The notes under the pieces were generated by a model that made no database searches, was not told where the DNA came from, and saw nothing but the letters and a program-made list of their open reading frames with translations. The translations under genes were made by a program, and so were the position numbers. This document shows positions 35,907-48,691 of a stretch of DNA of 64,000 nucleotides, piece after piece (the first letter of the stretch is position 1; each line of letters begins with the position of its first letter). Source of the DNA: Harriotta raleighana (taxonomy: Eukaryota); NCBI GenBank assembly GCA_050575255.1, contig JBNZDD010013646.1:3635744-3699743 (forward strand), read 5' to 3'.

Positions 35907-37689
35907 AAATATTTATTATAAAGATTACTGATTTGAATTAAAGACCAACTACGGTATTTATTTTTTTGTCTGGTTTTTTGAGTTATGGCTGGTTCAAATA
36001 ACGAAACAACCCATTTTTGGAGAGTTTACTTTGGTTATTTTCAGCACTAGACATTTTCATAAGGACCTCGTTTCCATGTAGAATCAGTATAATTTAAATG
36101 AGTAAGATTGGTTTAAACAAAACACTGCCAATAAAATGTTGAAGCCAATTCTGAAGGTCAACATGAGATACACTTTGGGTTAATGCAACTTCCTTGTTTC
36201 TAGGTCAAAGATGGCAAAATTACCTTTAATGTTGAGTCCTTATTATATATTTTCATTCAATGAGGGTAAAAAACAACCGCTGATTGAAATCAAAGACGCG
36301 TCACTTATTAAGCTGTTGTCTTCTTTCACATTTGAGTTCAAGATACATTGTTCAGACAAGACAGAGAGATTTTTGCACTTTGCTTGGCTGTGATGCTCGG
36401 AGAAGAAATGCACTACACTTACACTACTGCAGCCCTACTTCACAATTGCGTTCCTCCTCTTGATGGTTACAAAAACATGCAAGTTAAAAAACAAAATTAG
36501 GAAAAATGCCTGTGGAACTGCTCAATCATGTTATAACTTCTCTGCTGGTCATATTTAAAAGTTGTGACGTTCAGAAAAAGCACATTTATGAATTAGTTGG
36601 TGGAATGTGACCAGTTCGCTGAAAATGGATTTTCCGTACCCTCTTTCCTTAAACATCTACATTCTCAATACTTTTATAGATTCTCTTTCTTCAATCAATC
36701 AAAACTTACATTGATATATCGCCTTTCATGTCGGAAGGATGTCCCAAGGCGTTGAAAAGTTAGGTAGGGAACAGAGCGGAGAGGGGTCAGGGTAGACGGA
36801 AGAAGAGTAGGAAAATTGACTGTATATTTGTGGGCAAAACGCAGCAGCCAAATTGCATACAGCAGTGTCCCACAAACAGTCATAGAAGTGGGGTTAGGGG
36901 AGAAAGGGGGGAAATAGGTATTATTGGTGGTATTGCAATATTTATTGATAATTCTAAACAGTAAAGAAGATTTTTGTTATAATGAATTCACCTGATTCAT
37001 TTTCCAATTGGCTTTTTTGTTCACTAAATAATATTGAGATACATATTTACTGACTTCTGCCTATAAGAAGTCTAAACTATCCAAATCAATTTTTGATTTC
37101 TGATGGCTATAATGTCAAACTCTTTGCTTGAGTCTACAAATCTTTATGAATATCTAATACAACAGATAAAGCTTTTCAGATGCTCCTCTGCATAAAACCT
37201 TCGTTGGAAGTTCTGTTCTGCAACTACAATCATTTTAGAAAACTGTATCATTCCACAAATTATTTATTTTACCAAGAAGAGCTGGAAAGATACTAAAATA
37301 AATGTTAATTAGAATATATTATTTTCAGTTAGCAAAACTAAAAGTAGTAGTGTTGTTTAATTTTCCCATTGAAACCATATTCCAAACTTGCTACTCTTAC
37401 ATGCAAGAGAATACCATCTCCTTGATTTCCTACAAATTTCATAATATGCTCCTTAACACAGGCAGCCATGCAAAGTGTACTAATTGATATTCAAGTACTT
37501 CCCAATAAGGAATGATACAAATCTGAATGCAAAATGGAGATTGGCCTGGCCTAGAGGGTTAAAAGTCCTTCAAAGATCTTAACAGCCAGTTAGACATTCA
37601 CTGGCAGAGTACTGGAAGCAGATTCCCTCCCTTCCCCTTTCCAATCTTTGTCTGAATAATGATACCAGGAGTAAATAAGAAAACTTTTT

Positions 37690-37885
37690 AGAATAATCCT
37701 TGCATGTGATATAGCACCCTTTCACATCCTTAAGACATTTCAAAAAGCTTCAAATTATTTTACTAATTTGCCCACATATATATAGTCAATACACTTTACA
37801 GTATATTATGTGAAGCACTTCGAGACGTCTAGAAGATGTGAAAAGTGCTATATCAAATAGAAGGATTATTATTATTATTGTTATT
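37690..37885. mobile_element. Two SINE tails in inverted, outward-facing arrangement
   Basis: AATAATCCTTGCATGTGATATAGCAC (minus-strand tail) ... GTGCTATATCAAATAGAAGGATTATT (plus-strand tail). Confidence 0.8.
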
Positions 37886-38841
37886 ACTATCTCTGACCAA
37901 TGCAGCAATCCTCTAGCACCACAATTTCATGTCAACCTAATTGTACTTTTGTGTGGTAATATTTGGTGTTTAGTTTGAGCATACAATCTTCTAACTCAGA
38001 GTCAAGAGTGCTACCAACTGAGCCAAGTTGACACCGAAGATAATTTCTCCTGGCCAACAGTCCCTCAAGATAAAATGTCATGGTTGTTTTCGGTCATTGC
38101 TGTTAACATTTGGTTGTAGCATTCACCTAAAAATACATACTTCACTCCACAATGAATCCTATGAAGAACTTTGGGACATCTTCCTGCTACGACTGTAGGA
38201 TATTACCACACAAATGTAAACCTTCTAATCAGATATGTGTTGAAATGATTCGAATAAATCATCATAAGTAGTGGAATTGAACGACTTTACCATAGCAAAT
38301 TAAGTGATTTATTTCACTGATGCCATTAAGTGGCAGGAAAAGGTGGTATGAATCAGGCATAGTTGAGTGATCATTGTTTTGCTTCTACGGTTGAAAAACA
38401 AGATCGATTTATGGAACTGCAATAATAATGGGAGCCGTAGAGAACTAATAAAAGGGATCATCAATGTTTGGTGAAAAGTTAACCAATGTGCAAAAAAGTA
38501 AATAGAACAGCAAAAGACAGTTACAAATTAATTACTGACCCGAACACGGTTGCAAGATTTGAAAGACAGCATATCAGGAAACACTGCTCAATGACACAGG
38601 TCAGCCCAATGAATATCTGGCAATTGCCTCACATTATCTGAGACTATGATAGACCAGTAATCCAACCTGAGAGACAGGAGGTTGCAAACTCAATATCCAA
38701 TTCCAAAACAAAATTTGATAAGATACAGCAATTGTTCTCTGTTTTTGTCACAAATAACTAATATGAGGATAGTTTTGTCCATGATCAGTCCTAAAATACG
38801 CTTGTTGTTAACTCTTCCGAAGATCCCTTTGCACACTAATA

Positions 38842-39194
38842 CAGTAAAACCCCGTTTATCCGGCACCCTTGTGGGGTGTCAACTAATTGACTGTGCTGGA
38901 TAAACGGGGGACAAGTTGCCGAAAACCCAACATAAAAAAATTACTTATTTTAAAACATACCATGTTAATAATAAACTAAATAGTAACAGAATATTGTATG
39001 GATACTTACAAATAAAGCATTCCAGCACACTCGGTAAAAAGATCGGTAAAAAAGCAAATTTAATAAGTGCGCTTGTGCACGCATTGCACGCATTCGCAAA
39101 GTGAGCAAATTCGCGATTGTTGGAATGGGGAATTGCCCCGTAAGGGGGTCGAGCAATCCGGTTGGTTGGGTCACGGATAAACAGAGTTTTACTG
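38842..39194 (-). mobile_element. Family A MITE, short subfamily (353 bp)
   Basis: TA|CAGTAAAACCCCGTTTATCCG ... CGGATAAACAGAGTTTTACTG|TA. Confidence 0.93.
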
Positions 39195-40364
39195 TAGTGA
39201 GTTTCCCATTATAAGTGCAGAACAACAAGTATGCTCATGTTAGTGAACAGTATTTAACAGTTTGTGATATTGGATATGCCAATAATATAAAGCAAAGTCT
39301 TGTATATTCATACTGCAATGTCCACGTCCATTATCATTTGCTACTCAGCGTAAATTAATAAAAAGATAACCTTATGGAGGATTCTCCATAGGGCTGGTAA
39401 ATTTATTGCACTTTAACAATATCCGTAATGAATGGGCTTTATTACTATAACAACACTAACAACAATTACTACTACTGCTTGCATTTATATACCACTCTTG
39501 ATGTAGGATAGCATTGAATATGAAATATATATATATTCTTAAAGTGCTCCATTAGCAGTTGGAATATCAATTTAGCAATCCCTTCCACAAAACTATTGAT
39601 ATGAAAACATTTACATTCTATTCATAGTNTTCTTAAAGTGCTCCATTAGCAGTTGGAATATCAATTTAGCAATCCCTTCTACAAAACTATTGATATGAAA
39701 ACATTTGCATTCTATTCATAGTCTATATTAAACACTTGATTTCATATTTCTGCAGAAATGTTCATTACGTGTTATTATTTAGTCAATTAATTGCTGTCCC
39801 AAAGGAGATGAAGTGGGCAACAAATCTGAATTGAAAGAATGCACCACAACTTCATCAGACAGAACAAGATTCAAAGTTCACAGTGGTGATATTAATGTGG
39901 AACAGAAGGACTTCATGTCTTTAGAAGGATATTCCCCATGTTGTGATTTAGTTGCGGTTTGTGCACAGAAAATCATTGGATACATAAATTTGGGTTGATG
40001 CCTTCTAACAATCCTACAACAGACAAAAAGCATATTGAAGGAGGTCATCTGCTTGTTTCCTTGCCTCCTCTCTGCAACTGAGTTGTCCAAACACATTGGA
40101 TCTGCTGTGACAGACTGCATTACACAATTTAGAAGAACAGATGGAAGAGATTTCTCTTTTCTTCAATCTGCTCACATCACTGATGAGAAAGTGATGTTAA
40201 TGTACAGAGATAAAATTAGTGAGCTAGAGGCATAAATTATTATAGTTATTTCCATTTTAAAAGCTTAATACTGTTCCCTGGGGCGCACCACTGTTTACAT
40301 CTTTTCATTTTACATGTACTCTCACCCTTTGTTTCCTATTCTTATACATTATGATGGGTTTTGA

Positions 40365-40880
40365 TAAGAGTCAGTCGGGAGAAATGATTTCCCTAGTTGG
40401 TGAGTCAGTAAATAGTGGCCATCAATTAAAAATAGGGAATAAGCATACAAATGGGGGAGGTTAGGAGAATTATTTTCATGCACAGGATAGTTAGGATATG
40501 GAATGCCGGGAGCAGTGATTAAGGGAGACTCCATAGAATCGTAGATTCATAGAATTACACAGCACAGAAGGAGGCCTTTCGGCACATCTTGTCTGTGCTG
40601 GCTTTTTGAAAAGAGCAGTCCAAATCAATCCTACTTCCCTGCTCATTCCCCCTAGCCCTGCAAACTTCTTGTCCTCCCCAAGTAATTATCCACTTCTCTC
40701 TTAAATGTTGTCATCAAATTCATATTGGACTTCATGGGGAAACTAGACAAATATTTTAAGAAGAGTCAACTCTAAGGGGAAAGGGCTGGTCAAGGGAACG
40801 GAAAGGATTGCTCTTATGGAGCTTACGCAGAACCAAAGGGCCAAACTGCTTTCTTCTGTGCAGTAAATTTCTATAATTTC
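40365..40880. mobile_element. CR1 3' end (+) with a nested antisense CR1 tail (about 40533-40720)
   Basis: + strand GFDK...FFMHRIVRIWNAGSSD; inserted CATAGAATTACACAGCACAGAAGGAGGCCTTTCGGC (minus-strand tail); + strand resumes GGGAAACTAGACAAATATTT and UTR. Confidence 0.75.
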
Positions 40881-40882
40881 TA

Positions 40883-41312
40883 TAATAATAATCCTTGCAT
40901 TTGCTATAGCACTTTTCACTTCTTCTAGATGTTTCAACTCACTTCACAGAATATATTATAAAGTGAATCGACTGTTTATTTGTGGGTGAAACGTGGCAAC
41001 CATTCTCACACAGCAGTGTTCCACAAACAGGCATGGATTGAAATGATCAAATTATTATGGTGATAAGTGGCAACTGTCTATAACTAATGTGAAATTGAAA
41101 CTACGTGAATCAGATCCAAACATCCAGGGATTATGTATGAATTATTCCAGACAATTGAGTCCAAATTATGGGTTGTGTTAACCATGCGCAATTGGCTGCC
41201 ACGTTTCACCCACAAAAATAATCAATTCCCTTTACAGTATAATCTGTGAAGTGCTTTGAGACATCTAGAAGATGTGAAAAGCGCTATATCAAATGCAAGG
41301 ATTGTTACTATT
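40883..41312. mobile_element. Two SINE 3' halves in inverted orientation
   Basis: Minus copy 40883-41060 and plus copy 41180-41312, both with Deu motif and tail. Confidence 0.85.
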
Positions 41313-41497
41313 ATGTACACACAACAAATTTACATTTATATAGGACTTTTATATTGGGCTGATGTCCCAAGGTGCTGGATACAATAGTAAGGTGTTTCGA
41401 GCCGAACTACAAGCGAGTTTGTGGATTGTTTCTGCTATTGCTACTGTAAATGCACCATTTATTTCTGCATTTCTTTCCATATTACGAGTGGTCAACC

Positions 41498-41900
41498 CTC
41501 TCTGTGTGAGATAATAGTTTACATGTCCATTCACCAATCGCATGGCTATGTTTCCTACTCAGAATGTGGTCTCTATATTGATGAAGCCAAGCAAAGATTG
41601 AGCAATTGTTTGGAAAATTCTATGCATGAGTTTCATGCACATACAATTCTGAATGAGTCTTTCTTCCTGATGCTTCTCAANCTCTCTGTGTGAGATAATA
41701 GTTTACATGTCCATTCACCAATCGCATGGCTATGTTTCCTACTCAGAATGTGGTCTCTATATTGATGAAGCCAAGCAAAGATTGAGCAATTGTTTGGAAA
41801 ATTCTATGCATGAGTTTCATGCACATACAATTCTGAATGAGTCTTTCTTCCTGAGGCTTCTCAACTCCTCCTTCTACACTCACTCTAACCTCTCTAGCTG
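41498..41900 (+). mobile_element. Penelope-like GIY-YIG endonuclease remnant, duplicated across N41681
   Basis: YVSYSECGLYIDEAKQRLSNCLEN resembles the Penelope motif YCI.C..CGLLYIGETKRRL..RF.EH; downstream LNSSFYTHSNLS resembles FNS.SH..SDLS. Confidence 0.7.
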
Positions 41901-42019
41901 GAGCCAAGGAGTTCAAGGAGTGACCTGACAGAGGTCTTCAAGAAGATGAAGGGTTATGATAGGATAAATAATAATATGTTGTTTTCATGAGTCAGTAATG
42001 AGAAGGCACAAATCTATAT

Positions 42020-42680
42020 TAATAACAACAACAACTTAGTTTTAGAGAGCCCTCCAAGGCAGATGGCATCTCAGAGCACTTCACAAAGTGGAGCCGGGGG
42101 CCGAGCCAAGGGGTGGGGGGAAAAGGTGACCAAAGGCGCAGTCGAGCAGAAAAGTCTTCAGGTGTGATTTGAAAATGGGAAAGGAGGGGACGAGGCGAAG
42201 GGAGTGAGTGAGGGATTTCCAGAGCTTTGGTGCGTAGTACTGAAGGCATGGCCGCCAACAATGAAACAGAGGATTCGGGGACAAGGAGGAGGCCAGACCC
42301 AGTAGAGCGAAGGCAACCATTTGTACTGTTGTGAGGAGAGAGGAGGTTAGAGAGATATGGGGGGGGTGCAGAGGAGTGGAGGGATTTTAATACAAGAGTG
42401 AGGAACTTGAAATTGATTCGCTCTGAGATAGGGAGCCAGTGAAGTCTGGCAAGGACTGGAGTAGTCGGGGAGTGAAGTTTGGTTCGGGTATGAATGCGGG
42501 CGGTGGAATTTTGAATAAGCTGGATTTTGTGAATGGTGGCTGAGGGGAGACCAGCGAAGAGACGACAAAGGCATGGATCAGGGTTTCGTCAGATTTAGGG
42601 GTGAGATATTGGTGGAGACAGGCAATGTGGCGGAGATGCAAGAAGGTGGTGCTGATGAGGGATTGGATGTGGGGGAGGAA
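42020..42680 (-). mobile_element. L2 3' fragment
   Basis: HLRHIACLHQYLTPKSDETLIHAFVVS and YAPKLWKSL...FKSHLKTFLLDCAF; (AAC)n tail at 42023. Confidence 0.93.
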
Positions 42681-43889
42681 GTATAATTAAAATAATACAA
42701 TGCAATAAATACAATAAATAAATATTAATAAATAAGATGAAGTGTGTGCCTGTATTTCCGCCGATAACGCAATAGCCAATTGATGCACAGGTATGATTTA
42801 TACCTCATTGGAAAGGTCTTCCATATGGGTGCGTCATGTGCATTTTTGTGGGGGGAAATTTTCTATCATTGATGAGATAGGTTTTTAAAAATGCTTTAAT
42901 TAAGCCCCAAAATATGAGGTATGCTGTGTATTCCAGAACAAAGTAGCGATAGGAAGGCGCACACCCTACTAAAGAGATACACTAATATATTCTGTAACAA
43001 ATACAGTATATGCAATTTTTTCATCCTCACTCTTGTATTTATATGGGAGTTACATTCCTCCCAACTGGAGTCCTCCCACAGGAGTCCTATCAACAGGAAT
43101 CCTTTCACTCTCACAGAAAACCTGCTAGTAGCACATTTTCTAACCGAAAATAAAGACTTTCAAGGACAAATAAAAATGCCAGACAAAGGAGAGAAGGTCG
43201 ATTAAACAAAATTGTAGAAGAAAAACAGCGCGGCTGGACTTCAATGCTAAAAGGACTGCAGAATAGAGCAAACTGAGTTTCCCACTCAAACAACACCATG
43301 TCAGGACTTGAATGCTGAACTAACCTCAAAAATATGGCAAAATGAATTGCCCTCTCAAACAACAGCATGGCTGGATTTTGATACAAAAAGGTTGTACACT
43401 TTATATATATGGCATGTTAAATCTTTTGTGAGTGGTAACGCTGAAATCTATATTCCATATTGGATCCTTTGGTTGTAAGCGTAGCTAAAATGGGTACTGC
43501 TAGCATAACATAAGAATTCACTGGGAGGCTAGAAATCATGTCTCTACATAGAGGTTGTTTGGGGGAATTCTCTGCATAAACACTTGAAGATTATTAGTGT
43601 CTTCTGTTACCATTTGTAGCAGTTAATAAAGAGTCAAACTAACATCACCTCTACCTGTAATGTTCGTTATTTCTGCTCAAGCTTCTGTATCAAAGATGCT
43701 CTGTAAAATCTGCCATCTCTGTGATTATCTGTGGACTCTGTTAATTAACGATCCAGTGGAAAACTACCAACCCATTCAGTCTAATTTCAACAGCTTCAGA
43801 ATTAGCCTGGAAGTGTGACTTCTCTGTAAAAAAAAGTTCTCACTCAGGCAGGATTAATATCATTCCTGAGCTCAATGAGACAGTCAGTC

Positions 43890-44010
43890 AGGTAGTTCTG
43901 ATGAAGGGTCGTGGACCCAAAACGTTGACTCACTTTTCCTTTCTCCATACATGCTGCCTGACCCCTGAATGCTTGCAGCGATTTCTGCAGTAATTTGTGT
44001 TTTTGTCAGT
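43890..44010 (+). mobile_element. Penelope-like terminal repeat with decayed hammerhead core
   Basis: AGTT-CTGATGA-A-GGGTC-GTG-GACCC-AAAA-CGTT-GACT, then TTTCTCCATACATGCTGCCTGACC. Confidence 0.8.
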
Positions 44011-44045
44011 CAGGTAGATGTGGTCCATGACAAATGGATAGAGTT

Positions 44046-44369
44046 TAATAATAATAATAATAATAATCCTTGCATTGATATATCGCTTTTCACTTCTTCT
44101 GGACAGATGTTTCAAAGTTCTTCACAGAATATATTGTAAAGTGAACTGACTCTATATTTGTGGGCAAAACACGCATCCATTTGCGCACAGCTGTGTCCCA
44201 CAACAGTCGTGGATTGAAAAGACCAATTTATTATCTTTTTTTTAAGGCATTATTATTAGGCATGTGGAGTAAGGAAACTTGTCTAAGGTTTCGCCCTGAC
44301 CTGCCTGGATTAGAACACAGGTCTCACGCTTGTAAGGCAAGTGCTCTAACCACTGAGTTACAGGACTCT
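44046..44369 (-). mobile_element. tRNA-derived SINE, full length
   Basis: (TAA)n tail, Deu motif, head GAGTCCTGTAACTCAGTGGTTAGAGC on the minus strand. Confidence 0.93.
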
Positions 44370-45666
44370 ATTGTCAAATTTCTCTAGCTCTAACCTAAAC
44401 TGTTTGTCTCAATTTTCCTTCAACTGAAAAACAGTTCTACAGGTGCCCTTCAGTACCTCACCCAAGAGGGCATGAGCTTTTACAGTGAGTGTTGGTAGGC
44501 ATTTCTATAACAGGGACATAGCAACCAAGTGTGATATTGTCCTTAGACAAGATGATGCATACCTTCACGGTTTTGATTTTTATCTCTTCAACATCAAGAT
44601 ACATTTTTCACTTGCAAGTAAGTTAGCATCAAAACGACCAGCACTTGGAATGTTGTCCTACGTAATTGCACAGTGCTTTCAAACTTGAGAGGGTCATTTG
44701 TGAAGATGTCAGCTATGTCTTGTAATTGAAAGTAGGTGCAGTGCCATCATTTTCAGACAAAGTTTTATGATGGCCTTTTATTTCTGCCCCTAACGTCCTT
44801 AGCACTATTGTTAACAGTGGTCCTTAGCAATACAGTACTCGAAAATGTATTTTACTTAGCAGCACAATGTTGAAATTCTGCGCTATTTCTAATGGGGGGT
44901 GAAATTACATTGAAACATTCGAAGAAAATAGGACAAGTGTTGATGGTATACAACAGCCTCTGTTTGTTGTACACAATAACCCAATTAAAATTATGAAGCA
45001 CTATCTTACATGTAGCATGTTGGAGGAAGGAGAACGAGCAAGGACTGCACCACAAACTCTCTCTGCTCAAAGCAACAAGCAAAAATAGTGCTAAAAGTAC
45101 CGGAAAATGTCCATCAAAATATTTAGGTATTAGAATTTTCACGTTGTACAACAAATGTATATGGTGGTGTTCACCTGCAAATTAAGTCACTACACTTTCC
45201 AGTAATTCCTATGAAGTGATTTGAGACATCCTCCCAATTGCAAAGATTATTAGTATTAACAGGCATGGATCAGGTGGGCCGAATAGCCTGTAGATTCTGT
45301 GTGTTTCTCTATGTTATTGTTACGAACAATAACATAGAGAATCAAAACTTTCCTCTAGGTCACAGAAGATTGCCTGACATTCAATGGAAAATAAATTTGC
45401 ACCAGTTTTGCATGAAAGCAAATGAGCACCCAAAGAAGATTCAGCTGATATGTCCTCTTGTTAGAAGCAGCTACTGTTTTACCTAAATGATATCCAAATT
45501 TAACTTCTCATCTAAAGGACGACACATCCGACAATGCAACACATATCAGCATTACATTGGAGTGTCAGATTAGATTGTGAGTCCAAATCCGAATGTGGGG
45601 CTTGATCCATTACCTTCTGATTCAGAGGCAAGAACACTACCACTGATTGAGGGCAACATACTAATA

Positions 45667-46779
45667 CAGTAAAACCTCATTTATCCGTGACTCGAATAAT
45701 CGGAAAAACCCGTTCAACCGCCATCTTAAAAAAAAGTCTTGATTCAATTAACCGGAAGTTATCCGGCGAATATTAATGANGAAGTTATCCAGCGAATATT
45801 AATGATGCGTTTAATGTTGGGTCTAAACTTGTTCCTGCTCCTTTTAAAATTTGCATTTTTTTTACCTCATTTGGATGAGTGGTGCTGTTACGAAGTTAAG
45901 TATTTATAATAAAGTACTAATACTGGTGTAGGTAGCGGCCNATGCGTTTAATGTTGGGTCTAAACTTGTTCCTGCTCCTTTTAAAATTTGCGTTTTTTTT
46001 ACCTCATTTGGATGAGTGGTGCTGTTACGAAGTTAAGTATTTATAATAAAGTACTAATACTGGTGTAGGTAGCGGCCAGAGAGAGAGAGAGGGGGGCAGG
46101 CGGGAGAATGGAGAGATGGAGGAAACGGAGACAGAGAGAGAGAGAGGGAGAGAGAAAGCGAGAGAGAGAGTGATGCAGACAGGTTGATGCAGAGAGAGAG
46201 GGGGGGGGAGTGGTGGGGGGGGAAATGGAGAGATGGAGGAACAGAAGCGAGGGGGGGAGGAGGCGCAATGGAGAGATGGGGGAAAGGGAGAGAGAGAGAA
46301 AGAGAGACAGATGGGGGAAAGCATTATGGAGCGAAAGTGATGCAGGCAGTTTGATGCAGAGAGAGAGAGAGGAAGAAATAGAGGAAAGGAAGAGGTGGGG
46401 CATGGTGAGGGTTGTGGACAGAATTTATATGATGGATTCAGATTGAATATCTTTGAGGGTGTGTACACTCTGTGTCTGTCTATGTGTGTGTCTATGTTTG
46501 TGTGTGCTGGCCGCTAGTCAGGTCTAAACTCGCTGCTATTCCTTTTAAAAGTCGCGTTTTGTTTTACCTCCGTCAAATCAGTGCTGCCGTTGTGAAATTA
46601 AGTGTAAATAATAAAGTACTAATACAGTATTCTGTTATTATTTAGTCTATTATTAATATAGTACGTGTTAAAAAATTATATATATTTTAAAATTATTCTT
46701 TAAAAACCCCGTTCAACCAGAAACCAGAAATCCACCACTGGCCAGGTCCTGTACTTGCAAGATAAATGAGGTTTTACTG
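45667..46779 (+). mobile_element. Family A MITE, long copy with GA/GT-rich internal block
   Basis: TA|CAGTAAAACCTCATTTATC ... GATAAATGAGGTTTTACTG|TA; internal duplications, partly at N45780 and N45941. Confidence 0.9.
46079..46506. repeat. (GA)n and G-rich, then (TG)n low-complexity block
   Basis: Visible directly; explains the spurious Pro/Ser/Leu-rich ORFs at 46025-46468. Confidence 0.9.
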
Positions 46780-46781
46780 TA

Positions 46782-47102
46782 TTAATAATAATAAAAATTA
46801 TTGCATTTTATATAGCGTTTTTCACATCTTCTAGATGTCTCAAACCACTTCACAGAATATAGTGTAAAGTGAATGGACTGTATACTTGTGGGCAAAACGC
46901 AGCAGCCAATTGCACACAGCAGTGTCCCACAAACAGTCGTGGATTGAAATGACCAACTTTATTATTGTTTTTTTGGAGGGATTATTATTAGGTGTGTGGA
47001 GTAAGGGAACTTGCCCAAGGTTTCGCCCTGACCTGCCTGAATTCGAACACAGATCTCACGCTTGTAAGGCAAGTGCTCTAACCACTGAGCTACAGGACTC
47101 CA
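46782..47102 (-). mobile_element. tRNA-derived SINE, full length, among the best preserved
   Basis: Head GGAGTCCTGTAGCTCAGTGGTTAGAGC...GTTCGAATC, Deu motif, tail abutting the MITE. Confidence 0.94.
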
Positions 47103-48691
47103 CAAAGGTTAACAGTTAGAAACAGCAATGTGTTATGTAATATAGTTACTTATTGGTTTTCCTTTCTTGAAAATCCAAAATGTAGCTGTATGTTTTCAAG
47201 TTGACCTGGATAATTTTAGCCTCAGTAGGTTTGTCTATGGCCTTCCCTGCACAGTCATGAAACCTTCAAGACTGTTTTGTATTCAAATATAAGATTATAC
47301 AGAATTGTGGAATTCTTAAGTATAGTCTATTTGGAAATTAGTGTTGTGCCATTCTTAAAAAGACTATCTTACAAATTAAGAATTTCATACGATTCAACTT
47401 AATTTTAGCTTTTAAGACAACATAGTGTTACAGGTTAAAAGCTGGTGGAATTACAGATTCAGTATTGAAATTTGAAAGACATGCTAGCAAATAATTTGAA
47501 ATCGAATATGTTTCAAATCATATGATGCATTGCTGACAAACAATAACAGTTCTCTGACTGATGGCAAAAGGGAAGGGATTTGAACATTGATAGAAATGGA
47601 CCATTTTGCTCACTGCATTACTATCATTTCTTGCATTTGTTTCTTGGTGGCTGTTGTGGAAGACATGGGGTAAAATTTATGACATCCCTGGACATATAAA
47701 GCTAAGATGCTCATGACAGCTGTTCCCTGCACAAGATGCTGGCTATCCGTAACTTTATCTCTTTAACTCTTTTGTTCATCTTTTCTCACTTCAGCTCCCA
47801 CCCTCAGCTCTGATGCAAAATCAGAGCCCTTCAAAATTTTGTAACATCCTCCTGATGTGAAAGGCACTATATAAGTGTGAATTTAGACTGTATTGTGTCT
47901 AATCCTAATTTTATGTTATTTTCACCCCTCGCAAAGCCTCAACATAGTATTGCAAATTGTAGGTAGGGGTAGAGGTTGACTAGAGAGGGGATTCCTTGGG
48001 AATTCCAAATTTGAATGTCTATTTCAGGAATTACAACCAGAGATTCAACACCCTACATTAGGAAAATGATTCTGAAAGTCAGTGTTCTGCCGGTTTGGAA
48101 GATTAATGAGAGGAGCGGGAAGTGTGGTTTCAGAGGCCTCAGGGAGCAGTGCTAGTTACAGAGAATGAGTTAATACCAGAGTAAAGTAAAGAATAGATTA
48201 GTGCTGTTCTTTAACATGTGGAATGTGCTATTTAACAACGAACCGATTAAGAAACATGAAAAAAAATATTTCTACCCCTAACCCCCACCCTTTCCCAACC
48301 CATGTTTCTATAGCAGCAAATGCGGCATTCGTTCTAACTATAGTATATGGGAAGATTACAGTGACCAAGATCAGATAGAACTGAATGTACAGAAATGGAG
48401 GAAGGGCTCAAGGGGACGGCCATTGTTCCTAGTGGGGAAGATGACAATCACCTCCTCTAACAATCTCGGAGGTGTGCAGGATCAGAGTTTCACAGCTGAT
48501 TAAGCGAGCACTTTCTTCAGCCCCACCTCTCAGTCAAAGTTTTCCCACTCCTGAAATTGTCCTGTGCAACTCTAAACCTTTGTCCTCTTGTTCTATTATC
48601 ACGGCATCCTAAAGTATTATTCTGGGTTTCCTTTTTAATCCTGTATTAAACAAAAGTAAATAAATCCTTATAAATGGCATAGCACCTTTCA

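Noticed and set aside
39756-40235. Possible exon after TTTCTGCAG with two short ORFs
   Set aside because: Stops interrupt the frames, no good donor was found, and the peptides are unrecognisable.
46025-46468. Pro/Ser/Leu-rich ORFs, also at 63241-63782
   Set aside because: Produced by low-complexity GA- or C-rich DNA inside transposons.
47030-47102. tRNA gene-like sequences, also at 9085, 16130, 18400, 25430, 35570 and 44300
   Set aside because: Box A and B are present, but there is no acceptor stem, the anticodon varies between copies, and the sequence runs into a SINE body; these are SINE heads.
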